This document shows, in pieces, positions 16,643 to 27,244 of a stretch of 64,000 nucleotides of DNA. Source of the stretch: a virus (lineage: Duplodnaviria > Heunggongvirae > Uroviricota > Caudoviricetes); IMG/VR virus record IMGVR_UViG_3300010357_001332, one strand, 5' to 3'. The notes beneath the pieces were generated by a model. It saw only the letters and a program-made list of their open reading frames with translations. It did not search any database and was not told the DNA's origin. How positions within the stretch are numbered: position 1 is the first letter of the stretch; the number at the start of each line of letters is the position of its first letter. A program made the translations under genes and the position numbers.

Positions 16643-18732
16643 TTATACAAGAGATTATTTTAAAAGGCTTCGGTTCTTACCGTGATTTAACTCATATTAA
16701 AATACCACTAGGTTTAACTGGTATTGTAGGTTCTTATTGTAGTAATGAAGTTAAATCTGTAGGTGCAGGTAAAACTACTATTGTATCTGCTTTAAACTAT
16801 GCATTTTTTGGAAAAGGTGAATTTGATAAGATAGAAGAAATAATTAATGATCAATTATCACCTAAAGATGGATTTTTTGTTAAAGTTATTTTTTCTCAAG
16901 GTAATACTGTTTATGAAGTAGAAAGAGGAAAGAATCCAGATTCTTATTTAGAGTTTACTGAAAATGGAATTTCTAGAGGAGATCCTAAGATAGATAAAAG
17001 AACAGAAGAAATTCAGAAAGTAATTGGTATGGATTATCAAATGTTCACAGCTTCTATTTTCTTTGAACAAGATAGATTAAATAAACTTGTAGATACAGAT
17101 CCTTCTACTAGGAGAAATTATATTGAAAAAGTTTTAGGTATAGATATTTGGTCTTCTGCTTCTAAACTTATAATAAAAGATAAAAATTCTATTAAAAAAG
17201 ATCTAGAGTCTTTATCTGAATCTATTTCTTCTCTAAATCTACTTATAAATGATTATACTATTCAGATATCTAATTTAGAAGATATTGCTAAAGATCTTTC
17301 TTATAAAGAAATTAGAAAACAAGAATTATTAGAAAAGCTTACATCTTTACAAGATTTTAAAAATAATAGGGAATTATTAAGAGATTATACCTCAGAAAAG
17401 CATGTTATTGAAACTAAGAAACAATATTATTCTAGTAAATTAGAACAACTAGCTTTACAAGATGCTAATGACGCAAAAGAATTACTCCCTTTAGAAAAAA
17501 AATTAGTAATATGCAATCAGGATTTACTGAAAATAAAACAAGAAAGAAGTAAATTAAAAGTAGATTTAGATATAGTAAATATTGCTGTAGAAAAACTTAA
17601 TGAAGAAATTCATTCTTTAACTTCAGATTTAGCAGGGCATAATGTTGCATTAAATCATTTAAGGCAGTTAAAAAAAGAACTAAAGGAAGGTATTTGTCCA
17701 ACTTGTACTCAAGAAATCTCAAAAGAATTCATAATAGCTAAACATCTTTCCTTAGATAAAGAAATCCAGTGTATAGTAAATAATATTAATAATATTTTTG
17801 AAAAACAAGCATTTCTTAAACAAGAGATAGATAATTTAAATCAAAAAAATCTAAAGATTTTATTAACAGATAAAGATAAGATATTAGATAATCTTATTAA
17901 CGAGGAAACAATATTATCTAAACAAATATCTACTATAACTTCAAGGATTACAACTAAAGATTCTTTGCATCAAGAATTTTCTGAACATCTAAAAGAATTA
18001 GAAGAAAAAGAAAAATTCATAGATTTAAAAATTGCAGAACTTGAAAAATTACTTACTTCTTCTATTAGTATAGAAATACTTTCAGATTTAGAAAAAGAAT
18101 CTAGAGAAATAGAAGAAAGTATTAATAAATTACATCAAGATATAGGTAGATTAAATAAAATACGAGAAGATCTTGTTATATTACAAACAGAAAAAGATGT
18201 AAAAGAAAAAACTTTAAAAGAAAAAGAACAAGATTTTTCTATCTCCAAAATTCTAGAAGAAGAATTTACAAGAATACCAAGCAGTATTTTAACATCTTCT
18301 GTTTCTTGTATAGAAAAAGAAGCAGGTAATATTATTCATTCATTTTTTCCTGAAATGAATATTATAGTTCAAGAAGATCTAACTAAAGTTAATAAACCTC
18401 TTCAAGTATTTTTTACTATAGATGGAAAAAGAAGAAATTATAAAAGATTATCAGGTGGTCAACGTACTATAGCTAATCTGGCATTAAGGTTAGGTTTTTC
18501 TAAAGTTATTTCATCCAGAGTAGGTGTGCAATTAAATTTTCTAATTTTAGATGAGCCTTTTGCTTTTCTAGATAATCATAATAGAGAAATCGTGAAAAAA
18601 ATATTAATGGAACTTAAAAAATCGTTTTCTCAAATCATTGTTATATCACATGTGGATAATATCCAAGATTTTCCTAATTTGATAAAAGTAATGATGGGAG
18701 AAGATGGTGTGAGTAGAATATCTACTAATTAA
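16639..18732 (+). CDS. sbcC: SbcC/Rad50 ABC ATPase
   Basis: Walker A GAGKTT, coiled coil with CPTC hook, LSGGQ signature, LILDEPF Walker B; TTG start. Confidence 0.92.
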   Translation: MIIQEIILKGFGSYRDLTHIKIPLGLTGIVGSYCSNEVKSVGAGKTTIVSALNYAFFGKGEFDKIEEIINDQLSPKDGFFVKVIFSQGNTVYEVERGKNPDSYLEFTENGISRGDPKIDKRTEEIQKVIGMDYQMFTASIFFEQDRLNKLVDTDPSTRRNYIEKVLGIDIWSSASKLIIKDKNSIKKDLESLSESISSLNLLINDYTIQISNLEDIAKDLSYKEIRKQELLEKLTSLQDFKNNRELLRDYTSEKHVIETKKQYYSSKLEQLALQDANDAKELLPLEKKLVICNQDLLKIKQERSKLKVDLDIVNIAVEKLNEEIHSLTSDLAGHNVALNHLRQLKKELKEGICPTCTQEISKEFIIAKHLSLDKEIQCIVNNINNIFEKQAFLKQEIDNLNQKNLKILLTDKDKILDNLINEETILSKQISTITSRITTKDSLHQEFSEHLKELEEKEKFIDLKIAELEKLLTSSISIEILSDLEKESREIEESINKLHQDIGRLNKIREDLVILQTEKDVKEKTLKEKEQDFSISKILEEEFTRIPSSILTSSVSCIEKEAGNIIHSFFPEMNIIVQEDLTKVNKPLQVFFTIDGKRRNYKRLSGGQRTIANLALRLGFSKVISSRVGVQLNFLILDEPFAFLDNHNREIVKKILMELKKSFSQIIVISHVDNIQDFPNLIKVMMGEDGVSRISTN

Positions 18733-18748
18733 TTAAGGAGCAGTACAA

Positions 18749-20167
18749 ATGATATTAACTAAATTATATGAGGAGTTTCTTAAAAATACAAATCTAACAG
18801 ACTCTACTTATAAAACAACCTTCGTTAGAATTCAAGATATATTTGATTACCTAAATCAGATTTCTTTTAAAACATTTAAGTATACATTAAACGACGATTC
18901 TTTTATATATGATTTCGAAGAATCCTCGTCTAAAGTTCCTTCTTATGTGATTGAAACGATGAAGAATATGTTTGATAAATTCTTCTCTTTTCCTGTAGGA
19001 ACTTCCATAACTTTAGAAGTATACTACAACAATTTAGTTTATCGTGTGGTACACGAAGACGGTAGAATTATAATTCCACCACAATTAGAGTTTATGGAAA
19101 AATATAAGCTATTTCCTTTCTTTATTGCTACATTACAAGAAAAAGACGCATACGATACTTTTGAATATCTTTTTAGATTTTTATATATCAAAGAAGCACA
19201 AAAGAATTCATTTACACCTTTAAGAAATTTGTTTGAAAGAAAAGATGCAATACAGGAAATAGATGATGGAGAAATATCTGAAAAATCTATTAGTTCTTAT
19301 AGCCTAGTAATAGAAGATTTGCAAGATAATAAAGAAAAAATTATAAAACAAATAGAAAAGAATAAAAAGAAACGAGAAGAACTACGTGATTTGAAGAATA
19401 ATTTAATTCAATTCGCCCATTTTAAAGATAAGTACGAATTAGAGTATAATTCTCTAACAGACGATTTTAAATATCTTAAAGAACAAAAAAATAGTTATCT
19501 AAAAAAATATCAAGAAATCCTAGAACTTATTAAAGAAATAGACGGTCATTTATCTGATATTAATGCAGCAGAAGAAAAAGATAATACACAACTCAAATAT
19601 TACCTAGATCAAAAGAAATTTTTACAAGATAAAGGTGCTATGTTTACTAATACTATAAAAGAATTAGGAGATATGCAAGAAACAACTAAATTTAGATTAG
19701 AAGAATTAGATGTTACATTTCAAAAATATAAATCTTTTAATTTACAAGATTTAGATAAGCTTTCTAAAGATTTAGAAAAGTTGGAAATTAAAGAAGAAAA
19801 ATTACATATGTCTCTTATAGAAATAGACGGTAATATAAAACATGCAAAAGAAGCACAAAATGATACTGCAATAAAACTAGAAAAATCTAGTTATGCGGAT
19901 CACGTAGTAAATAGTAGTATGATACAAGCAATACCTGATTTTCTTGCTAAACCTGATTTTCCACAATCTGTAACAATTGTTAGAAACTATCTAAAACAAT
20001 ATTTTGTATATCTTTGTGAAAAAGCTATTCAAGAATTGGATATTAAAGAATTAACTACTTCTATTATATTTAATATATTAAGAGACAGTTTTGGATTTAA
20101 TCCTTTAATATTATTTTCAGCAGAAGAATTAAAAGGATTTTCTAATATAATTGAGATAGAAAATTAA
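18749..20167 (+). CDS. Long coiled-coil protein, possible degenerate Rad50/SMC paralog
   Basis: Globular ends with ~250 aa central coiled coil; no Walker motifs. Confidence 0.5.
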   Translation: MILTKLYEEFLKNTNLTDSTYKTTFVRIQDIFDYLNQISFKTFKYTLNDDSFIYDFEESSSKVPSYVIETMKNMFDKFFSFPVGTSITLEVYYNNLVYRVVHEDGRIIIPPQLEFMEKYKLFPFFIATLQEKDAYDTFEYLFRFLYIKEAQKNSFTPLRNLFERKDAIQEIDDGEISEKSISSYSLVIEDLQDNKEKIIKQIEKNKKKREELRDLKNNLIQFAHFKDKYELEYNSLTDDFKYLKEQKNSYLKKYQEILELIKEIDGHLSDINAAEEKDNTQLKYYLDQKKFLQDKGAMFTNTIKELGDMQETTKFRLEELDVTFQKYKSFNLQDLDKLSKDLEKLEIKEEKLHMSLIEIDGNIKHAKEAQNDTAIKLEKSSYADHVVNSSMIQAIPDFLAKPDFPQSVTIVRNYLKQYFVYLCEKAIQELDIKELTTSIIFNILRDSFGFNPLILFSAEELKGFSNIIEIEN

Positions 20168-20168
20168 C

Positions 20169-20555
20169 ATGAATTTTGAGATACGAAAAGCATTTTCTTT
20201 TCTAAAGAAGTTTAAGAAATTAAAAAATCAAATAGAAGTATCTAATCAACACACTCAAGCTATAAATGAACAAAAAGAAAAGTTAGATCTATTTGAATTT
20301 GAAATTCTAAAAGAAAAATCTGAAGAGTATTATATATCTTTTCAAGATTTTCTTTTCTTTATAGAAAACGAACAATATTCGTTAAGAGATATTTTGTCTA
20401 GATTTAAGCATATAGGCGAATTAGATAAAAAGAAATTTTCTTATCTTGAAGCTTATGCTATACCAACAGAAGATGGAATTTTATTAACAACTAATCAACC
20501 TGAGGGAAAGAAAGTAAACAAAGTAAAAATTGTTTCCTGTTCTACAAAACAATGA
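20169..20555 (+). CDS. Hypothetical protein
   Basis: 128 aa in operon. Confidence 0.6.
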   Translation: MNFEIRKAFSFLKKFKKLKNQIEVSNQHTQAINEQKEKLDLFEFEILKEKSEEYYISFQDFLFFIENEQYSLRDILSRFKHIGELDKKKFSYLEAYAIPTEDGILLTTNQPEGKKVNKVKIVSCSTKQ

Positions 20556-21379
20556 ATAAAGAATTAGAAGTTAAAGAAGCTGAAATTATTGAACAATCTA
20601 TAGATTCAACAGCTGTAGTACCTGCATGTTCTTCTGCAGTAAGTGTATCTAACTCACAAGATACACTAGAGGATCTATATGGATACTATGCAGGTGGTAA
20701 ATCGCATCTTTGTCCTATCTGTCAAAAATCTAATCATATGGAAATCAATCTTCTTCGTGCTAGAGATCATTTAAGTTATGATGAAATAGCTAGAAGAATG
20801 AAATCTGCTGCAGTAACACCTTCTAATCTAGAAAAACATTTTAAAAATCATTTTATAATTGCGGAAAGGCAAAGAAAACTTATAGCATTAAAAGAGGATA
20901 GCACTAGTTCTGCAGATCTTGCTTTGGTGAATAAAATCTTTGAAGGAGAAATGGATATCTTTGCTGCTACACAAGCAATTCTAGAATCTAAATCTAGAAG
21001 GCATTTAGCAGTAATGAATAGATTAGAATTTTTAAAAGCGCATTTAGAAGTAGATACTGCTGATGATATAGATAAACAAGAATTTATTCAATTAAATAAA
21101 ACAGCGGGTGAAATAGAGGATTCAATGGAGAAGATAGTCTCGTTACGAGATAAAAAATTATTTCCTGCTTCTCAAGTAGAATTATCCAATGCTATACTCA
21201 AATGGAAATTAAATACTTTTGCTAAATTAATAGATAGTTTGCAATTTGCACTTCTTAAACTAGAAAAAGATCCAAGACATACTTTAATTATTGCAGAAAT
21301 AAGATCAGAATTAGCAAAAAATTTAAGTCCAATAGAAGATGAAATATTAAGATCCGGTGGAATATTAGGTAACAAGTAG
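20552..21379 (+). CDS. Zn-finger/HTH protein (possibly terminase small subunit-like)
   Basis: CPICQ...LSYDEIARRM...NLEKHFKNH followed by helical domain; function is a guess. Confidence 0.4.
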   Translation: MNKELEVKEAEIIEQSIDSTAVVPACSSAVSVSNSQDTLEDLYGYYAGGKSHLCPICQKSNHMEINLLRARDHLSYDEIARRMKSAAVTPSNLEKHFKNHFIIAERQRKLIALKEDSTSSADLALVNKIFEGEMDIFAATQAILESKSRRHLAVMNRLEFLKAHLEVDTADDIDKQEFIQLNKTAGEIEDSMEKIVSLRDKKLFPASQVELSNAILKWKLNTFAKLIDSLQFALLKLEKDPRHTLIIAEIRSELAKNLSPIEDEILRSGGILGNK

Positions 21380-21388
21380 GTATTAATT

Positions 21389-21823
21389 ATGGCAAAGAAC
21401 TCAATTGATGCAATTATAAACGATGCTTCTATGGCTACTATATATCTTCAAGCTTTATTATCTAATAAATCCAAATCTGAAAGTCAAAGGTTGTCAGAAA
21501 GTATTGAAGAACTTTTAGCAGATATTCTTGTTCAAGCACAAATAGCACTACAACATCTTATAGACAGAGAAAACGCAATACAAAAACTTCAAGGTACTAT
21601 TATTGGTATAGAAGATGAATTAGATAGCGAAGAATATGCAGCAAAGGAAAGGCCTACACCTAGAAACAAAACTCCAAGAGTTGCTTCACCTGTAAGTAGA
21701 CCTAATTATTTTCAACAAGAATTTGTTGCTGAAGAACCCAAGCAAGAACAACAAGAAAACTCTACGAATAAACCCTCGTATTTAGTCAATATTTCTGAAA
21801 AAGAATCAACTACTAAACCTTAA
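21389..21823 (+). CDS. Hypothetical coiled-coil protein
   Basis: 144 aa. Confidence 0.6.
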   Translation: MAKNSIDAIINDASMATIYLQALLSNKSKSESQRLSESIEELLADILVQAQIALQHLIDRENAIQKLQGTIIGIEDELDSEEYAAKERPTPRNKTPRVASPVSRPNYFQQEFVAEEPKQEQQENSTNKPSYLVNISEKESTTKP

Positions 21824-21868
21824 TTTTTATCGAAACTATTTATTATTTTAAAACAGTAATGAATAGTT

Positions 21869-22507
21869 ATGAATATTCTTAATCTAACACAACAAAACTC
21901 TGAAAGAATCTTTATCGTTGGTGCTTTGGAAGGTGATTATAAAGCACTAATTAATATTCTGTATGAACAGAATTTTAATTATAAAGATATCTTAATACTA
22001 ACAGGTAATTTTATAGATAACGAGAACTATAAGAATTTGCTAGATATTATTTATTTTTTGAAAGATAATAAAAACTGTTATTCAGTAAAGGGAAAGAAAG
22101 AAATAGATTTTCTTGAAGATTATAATGAAGATAAATTACCTGATTTCTTAAAAGAACTTTGTACTTTAGAAGTAATATCTTATTTAGATAAATTACCCTT
22201 ATGTATTCAAATTAATGATTATATAGTTGTAAGTAAGGGTTTAGAGCCTAATATTTCGTTATCACAGCAACAAGAAGAAGCATTATATTTTATACCACAT
22301 TACGATAAAGAATCTAAATTTTATCAATTTGATAATCCAGAAAAGAAATCATGGTTTGATTTTGAATTTCAAGAAGGAAAGATTTGTTTCAGCGATATAG
22401 AATTAGAAGAAATTATAGTAACAGCAGGATATAATCTTAAGAATAGTGAAGCAATTTTATCTGCTGTAATCATATTAGATAATGATCAGCCAATAATTAT
22501 TAATTAG
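21869..22507 (+). CDS. Ser/Thr protein phosphatase (PrpA/PPP-like) homolog with degenerate active site
   Basis: RIFIVGALEG (for GDIHG), LTGNFID (for GDLID), VKGKKE (for RGNHE). Confidence 0.65.
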   Translation: MNILNLTQQNSERIFIVGALEGDYKALINILYEQNFNYKDILILTGNFIDNENYKNLLDIIYFLKDNKNCYSVKGKKEIDFLEDYNEDKLPDFLKELCTLEVISYLDKLPLCIQINDYIVVSKGLEPNISLSQQQEEALYFIPHYDKESKFYQFDNPEKKSWFDFEFQEGKICFSDIELEEIIVTAGYNLKNSEAILSAVIILDNDQPIIIN

Positions 22508-22516
22508 GAGAATAGA

Positions 22517-22813
22517 ATGAAAATAAATAAGGATATTGAAGATTTTTATAATAGATTAGCAGCGCAAGATGCATTACATTTATATCATGATGAACAACCC
22601 TTTGATATTGAATATGAAGGATATATTTCTGCAGAAGTAAATCTTTATTTCGTATTGGATAATCAAAGATTTATTGCAATATGTAATCCTTATGCTAATA
22701 CAGTAAAATATATTATGACAGATTCTGGAACTACTGTAGAGGATAAAGATATAATAGAAAAAATAAAAATTGCAGCTTCTCATTTGCTAGAAGCAGGTAG
22801 ATATTTAAAATAA
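22517..22813 (+). CDS. Hypothetical protein
   Basis: 98 aa, AGGAG RBS. Confidence 0.65.
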   Translation: MKINKDIEDFYNRLAAQDALHLYHDEQPFDIEYEGYISAEVNLYFVLDNQRFIAICNPYANTVKYIMTDSGTTVEDKDIIEKIKIAASHLLEAGRYLK

Positions 22814-22826
22814 CAGGAGAATTACG

Positions 22827-23369
22827 ATGGGAATTGAACAAGAATATTACGTACCTCTTTACAGGATAGCTATATCAAATATACCTGAAGAATACCGTCT
22901 TGAAAAAATGACAGAATGGTTAGCTAAAAACGCTCTAAAAGTTTCTAATCAAATGGTTAGAAGAACGCTTAAAAAAGCAGGAAGAGAAGATCTTGCAGAT
23001 TATTTTATACAACAAGAAGACATCGGCATTGGTGATAGTGTTAAATCAAGAATGACAGGAAGATTTGGTACTGTAGTAAAAGAACATTGGGATGGAGAAA
23101 CTGTTTGTGTGCAATGGGAAACAGGTGGAATGCAACCTATTTCTAAGGGTGCATTATTTAAAATGCATACAAAGAAAAGAGATGATTATGAGAAAAAAGA
23201 TTTTGCTATAGCTAAATCAGAAATGGATGAATATGAATCCATGACAGATAAAAAGAAGGTTATTCAAGAACCTAAAGAAACAGAAGAACCTTTAAAAGAA
23301 GGAAAAAAAGCTTCTACTGAAGAATATGAATCTTGGATAAAAGAAAAATTAGCTAAAACACAAGAATAA
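22827..23369 (+). CDS. Hypothetical protein with SH3/KOW-like segment
   Basis: IGDSVKSRMTGRFGTVV...VCVQWETG. Confidence 0.55.
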   Translation: MGIEQEYYVPLYRIAISNIPEEYRLEKMTEWLAKNALKVSNQMVRRTLKKAGREDLADYFIQQEDIGIGDSVKSRMTGRFGTVVKEHWDGETVCVQWETGGMQPISKGALFKMHTKKRDDYEKKDFAIAKSEMDEYESMTDKKKVIQEPKETEEPLKEGKKASTEEYESWIKEKLAKTQE

Positions 23370-23384
23370 AATATTTAGAATTTC

Positions 23385-24347
23385 GTGAAAAAATATAGTT
23401 CTATATTAGATTATCAAAAATCTATTCTTTCGCCAGAAATTTGGAATTCTGATTTTTCTTTGAAAGAAGAAGTTAAAGAATTTCTTGGTGCATGTTTAAA
23501 AAATTTTTTTGATTATCTTAATATTAAAGGTTCAAATAAGTGGATATTGGAAGCTATGATTGCTTCTTCTCTTGCCACCTATTTTTACACTGATTATTCT
23601 GATTTAGATGTTAAGCTTTTTATTGATATAGATTTATTTTTAGAATATAACCCAGATTTTTCTACTTTAAGTGACGAACAACTTCTTAAATGGTTAAAAG
23701 AAAAAGGAAGAGAATCTTACTGGTTAACCCAAAAAGTACCAAATACTGATCATAGAATAGATATTTATTTTTTGTCTGGCAAGCATTTAGAAAGATTAAA
23801 TACTATTAAATACGATTCTATTTATTTTCTTTCTACAGACGATTGGTTGAAATTACCTGAAAAGCCGGATTATTCTAATCCAAGTTTTATTTTAGAAATA
23901 GCGAAAAGAAAAGCACAACCATATTTAGATATAATAATAGATGATATAGAACAAACAAAACAAGATTGTATAGATTTTTTAGTTCTACAAGACTTTCTAA
24001 AATCTTTAGAAGCAGACGATTTATATAATCTTCAACAAGAATTTCTAACTCAACTAGACTATGTTCATAGAGATTTAGAACAATTAATTATAGATAAAAA
24101 TGCTATTAAACAATTAAGGGAAATAGCTTTTGATAAAAATTATCTAGATACAGAATTAGAAAAGTTAATGGGTTCTTTAAATTATTCAGATGGTAATCTT
24201 ATTTTTAAGCTTTTACAAAGATACGGATACTTAAGTATACTTGTAGAAGTTAGTAAATACTTCAAAGAAAAAGATACAGTTCCAAACGAAGTAGAAAAAC
24301 TATTGATGCTACTTAATCAAGTAAATGAAACAGAAATACAGTTATAG
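23385..24347 (+). CDS. Pol-beta-superfamily nucleotidyltransferase-like protein
   Basis: LSPEIW...LKEEVKEFL and ASSLATYFYTDYSDLDVKLFID (GS-x..DxD, with GS replaced by SS). Confidence 0.6.
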   Translation: MKKYSSILDYQKSILSPEIWNSDFSLKEEVKEFLGACLKNFFDYLNIKGSNKWILEAMIASSLATYFYTDYSDLDVKLFIDIDLFLEYNPDFSTLSDEQLLKWLKEKGRESYWLTQKVPNTDHRIDIYFLSGKHLERLNTIKYDSIYFLSTDDWLKLPEKPDYSNPSFILEIAKRKAQPYLDIIIDDIEQTKQDCIDFLVLQDFLKSLEADDLYNLQQEFLTQLDYVHRDLEQLIIDKNAIKQLREIAFDKNYLDTELEKLMGSLNYSDGNLIFKLLQRYGYLSILVEVSKYFKEKDTVPNEVEKLLMLLNQVNETEIQL

Positions 24348-25083
24348 TAAGATATCTACTTATTTAGAATGTCCTTTTAGATATAAAAAGCAATATATAG
24401 AAAAGATAAAAGAAAAACCTAAATGGCAGATATTCTTTGGTATAACAGCAGCAGATATTTTAGAGAAAGTATATAAAGAAGAAAGTTTTCATAATTCTCT
24501 TTTAGAAGATAGTAAATTAAAAGAACTAATAAATTATTACTGGATACCTAATCAATACAAGAAAGAATATTCAGAAATAAATCAAGAAAGTTATTTATTT
24601 TTAAACTATAAATCAAAGAAAGAAGAAGAAACACAAAAAGAAAATCTTTTTAAATATCTAAAATTTTACTTTCAGAATAATAAAATAGAAAGAAAATTTG
24701 GTATTGAAGTTCCTTTTGAAGTAGAATTTGATGATTTTTTATTGACAGGAAAAATAGATAAATTAGAACTTATTAATAATAAAATATATATTATTGATAA
24801 CAAAGTAACAAGTAATTTTTTAAACGATCTTTTTGAAAGTATACAGTTAGGAATCTATATATTTGCAATAGAAAATTTAATCAAAAGATTTTCTGTAGAA
24901 AAAATAGGATATTATTATATCAAACAAAGTAAAGAACAATTAATAGATAGAACAGATTTTAATGATTATAGTGTTCATCAAAAACTACGACAAGCTGTTA
25001 GTGGAATACGAGATAACATTTTTCCTGCTTGTTCTAATCAATTTTGTAATTGGTGTCAATTTAAGAAAGAGTGCGGGTTATGA
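24325..25083 (+). CDS. PD-(D/E)XK RecB/Cas4-like exonuclease with Fe-S cysteines
   Basis: YSYSKISTYLECP, GKIDKL, IIDNK, QLGIY, C..FCNWCQFKKEC. Confidence 0.85.
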   Translation: MKQKYSYSKISTYLECPFRYKKQYIEKIKEKPKWQIFFGITAADILEKVYKEESFHNSLLEDSKLKELINYYWIPNQYKKEYSEINQESYLFLNYKSKKEEETQKENLFKYLKFYFQNNKIERKFGIEVPFEVEFDDFLLTGKIDKLELINNKIYIIDNKVTSNFLNDLFESIQLGIYIFAIENLIKRFSVEKIGYYYIKQSKEQLIDRTDFNDYSVHQKLRQAVSGIRDNIFPACSNQFCNWCQFKKECGL

Positions 25084-26132
25084 GAAGTAAAATATTACAA
25101 GATTTTTATACAGAACTAAAATTTTCAGATATTATTTCCGATCTTCTTAAGAAGTATTCAAAATGGTTTACACAAGAAGAATTAACTCTTATTCAACAAG
25201 AAGTTCCAAGAAGTTATATTCCTTGGATATTTAAACAATATGAGGCTATGATTAAGAGTATTGATAGAATAAAAAATACTAATCCAAATCTTGCAAGAAA
25301 TTCATATATACAAGCTAAATTTACTTTTCTTGAGGATATACCTAATTATCTTCAATATCTTAAAGAATTTGAAAATCATAAACAAGATTTAAGAACTAAA
25401 GGATATTCAGCCGATATTAATGATTATTCAATTGAAAGCTTGAAAAATTTAATTAATTCTGAATATCAATCTAACGTAAAATACACAAAATATGTAGATA
25501 TAAATGAACTAAAACAAAATATACCAATAGCGTATGAAGATGAAAATTGGATCATTTTTACCCCACAAACAGAAGAACAAGCTTGTGAAGTAGGTAAGGG
25601 TACAGATTGGTGTACTACTAGAGATAGTTTTAATACATATTTTTCTAATGGTCCTATTTACAATCTTATTAATAAGAATGATAATAGAAGATGGCAATAC
25701 GATAAATTTTCTGGTATGTTTTTTACAGAAGATGATAATGATATAGATATTGAGAACTTTTTAATTAAATATGAGAATCAGCTTACGCAAGACTTATTCT
25801 TGTTTTTAACACAAACGTCTGGAAATTTATCTTTTCTATATTCAGATACAGATTCCCCAGAATTTATAGCATCTCAAGATTTTGATCCTGATGCAAATCA
25901 TCCGAGTGAATTACCTTATTATCTTTATAATAGTTATCCGCTTTTTCAAGAGAAAGGAGATACAGCTTATAAGAACTTTGTACTTACTGCATTATCTGTT
26001 GCAGATCTTTCTGTAGAGACAATTCAAGAATATTATTTACTTTTAAAAAATACACCAGAACAAGAAAGAAAAAAATATCAAACACTAGAACCTCTAGAAT
26101 TTATTTTATCTTTACTAGACGCATTACCATAA
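25071..26132 (+). CDS. PcfJ-like domain protein
   Basis: WIIFTPQTEEQACEVGKGTDWCT...GPIYNLINK...WQY. Confidence 0.5.
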   Translation: MRVMRSKILQDFYTELKFSDIISDLLKKYSKWFTQEELTLIQQEVPRSYIPWIFKQYEAMIKSIDRIKNTNPNLARNSYIQAKFTFLEDIPNYLQYLKEFENHKQDLRTKGYSADINDYSIESLKNLINSEYQSNVKYTKYVDINELKQNIPIAYEDENWIIFTPQTEEQACEVGKGTDWCTTRDSFNTYFSNGPIYNLINKNDNRRWQYDKFSGMFFTEDDNDIDIENFLIKYENQLTQDLFLFLTQTSGNLSFLYSDTDSPEFIASQDFDPDANHPSELPYYLYNSYPLFQEKGDTAYKNFVLTALSVADLSVETIQEYYLLLKNTPEQERKKYQTLEPLEFILSLLDALP

Positions 26133-26149
26133 CTTAACTAGAAATAGAT

Positions 26150-27187
26150 ATGAATAATTTATCTCTAAAAAAGAAAACAGCTATTCTTCCAGAGATTCTT
26201 GAAAACATAAATGAAAATATGTTTGAATCTCAAGATCCTGAAGAAAAAAAAGAAATATCTGCACCTGCAGAAGAATCTAAACTTCTTCCAATAGATCAAC
26301 CCTATCATAAACCAGAAGAAACAGGTTTACCACCTATACCTACAGATATTCATCTCTGGACATTACCTATTCCAGATGATTACAATATGAAAAATGATCA
26401 TTCTTATAATGTCTTTAAATATCTCGATTCATTAGGATACAGAGATGTTATTTGGCATCTAGCTGAATCCCATCCGAAAGTAGATGTTTGCGATGAATTA
26501 GAAGGTTTATCTTTTACTACTGATTGGTTACTATTTGCTTCTCAGCATAATCCTCCTTCACCTATTTTTAGTAGAAGTCACCCAGATTGTAGATGCTATG
26601 TAGAATGTCATCCTCCTTTTACTTATCAAGAAATACCAGATAATGCTCCTGGTTTACCTATCTATGCAAATCAAGATACTCTAGATGAATATAAACGACA
26701 AATATTTTCTAATTTGTTTGTTATTTATGTAGATTCTCAAACTCTTGCTCCACCGCAGGATACCCTACAGTTACCTATTTACAGTTATTTATATTCTAAT
26801 AGAACAAAATTTGCTAAAGAATCCAGAAAATGGGTAGAAGATATTAAACCTATTAAAACACTAAAAACATTTAGATTATTACAACCTTTAGGTATTTATA
26901 GACCTATGATAGATAGTTATGAAGGAATACAGATAAGTATTTCTGATAACATAAGTCAAATATTCTTTCCTTTATTAAACAGAACAGCACAAGTTCCTAC
27001 TGAGCTAGTAGAAGAACTTTCTTTAAAGCAATCTACTGAAGAACCCAAAGTAGATCAATATGTGTATGTAGATGAAGAGAAAACTATAGGTGTTATAACA
27101 AGAATATTAAATGATAAGATTTATTGCTACATTCCAGAATTTGATGATACTTTTGAAGTATCTTCTGTCACTCCTTTAAGTTTTTAA
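26150..27187 (+). CDS. Head morphogenesis (MuF/SPP1 gp7-like) domain protein with C-terminal SH3-like repeats
   Basis: VIWHLAESHPKVDVCDELEG...SHPDCRC. Confidence 0.55.
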   Translation: MNNLSLKKKTAILPEILENINENMFESQDPEEKKEISAPAEESKLLPIDQPYHKPEETGLPPIPTDIHLWTLPIPDDYNMKNDHSYNVFKYLDSLGYRDVIWHLAESHPKVDVCDELEGLSFTTDWLLFASQHNPPSPIFSRSHPDCRCYVECHPPFTYQEIPDNAPGLPIYANQDTLDEYKRQIFSNLFVIYVDSQTLAPPQDTLQLPIYSYLYSNRTKFAKESRKWVEDIKPIKTLKTFRLLQPLGIYRPMIDSYEGIQISISDNISQIFFPLLNRTAQVPTELVEELSLKQSTEEPKVDQYVYVDEEKTIGVITRILNDKIYCYIPEFDDTFEVSSVTPLSF

Positions 27188-27244
27188 AAAAATTTAAGAA
27201 TCTTTTTATTAGTTTATATTATAAGAACTAATAGAGGTATAATC

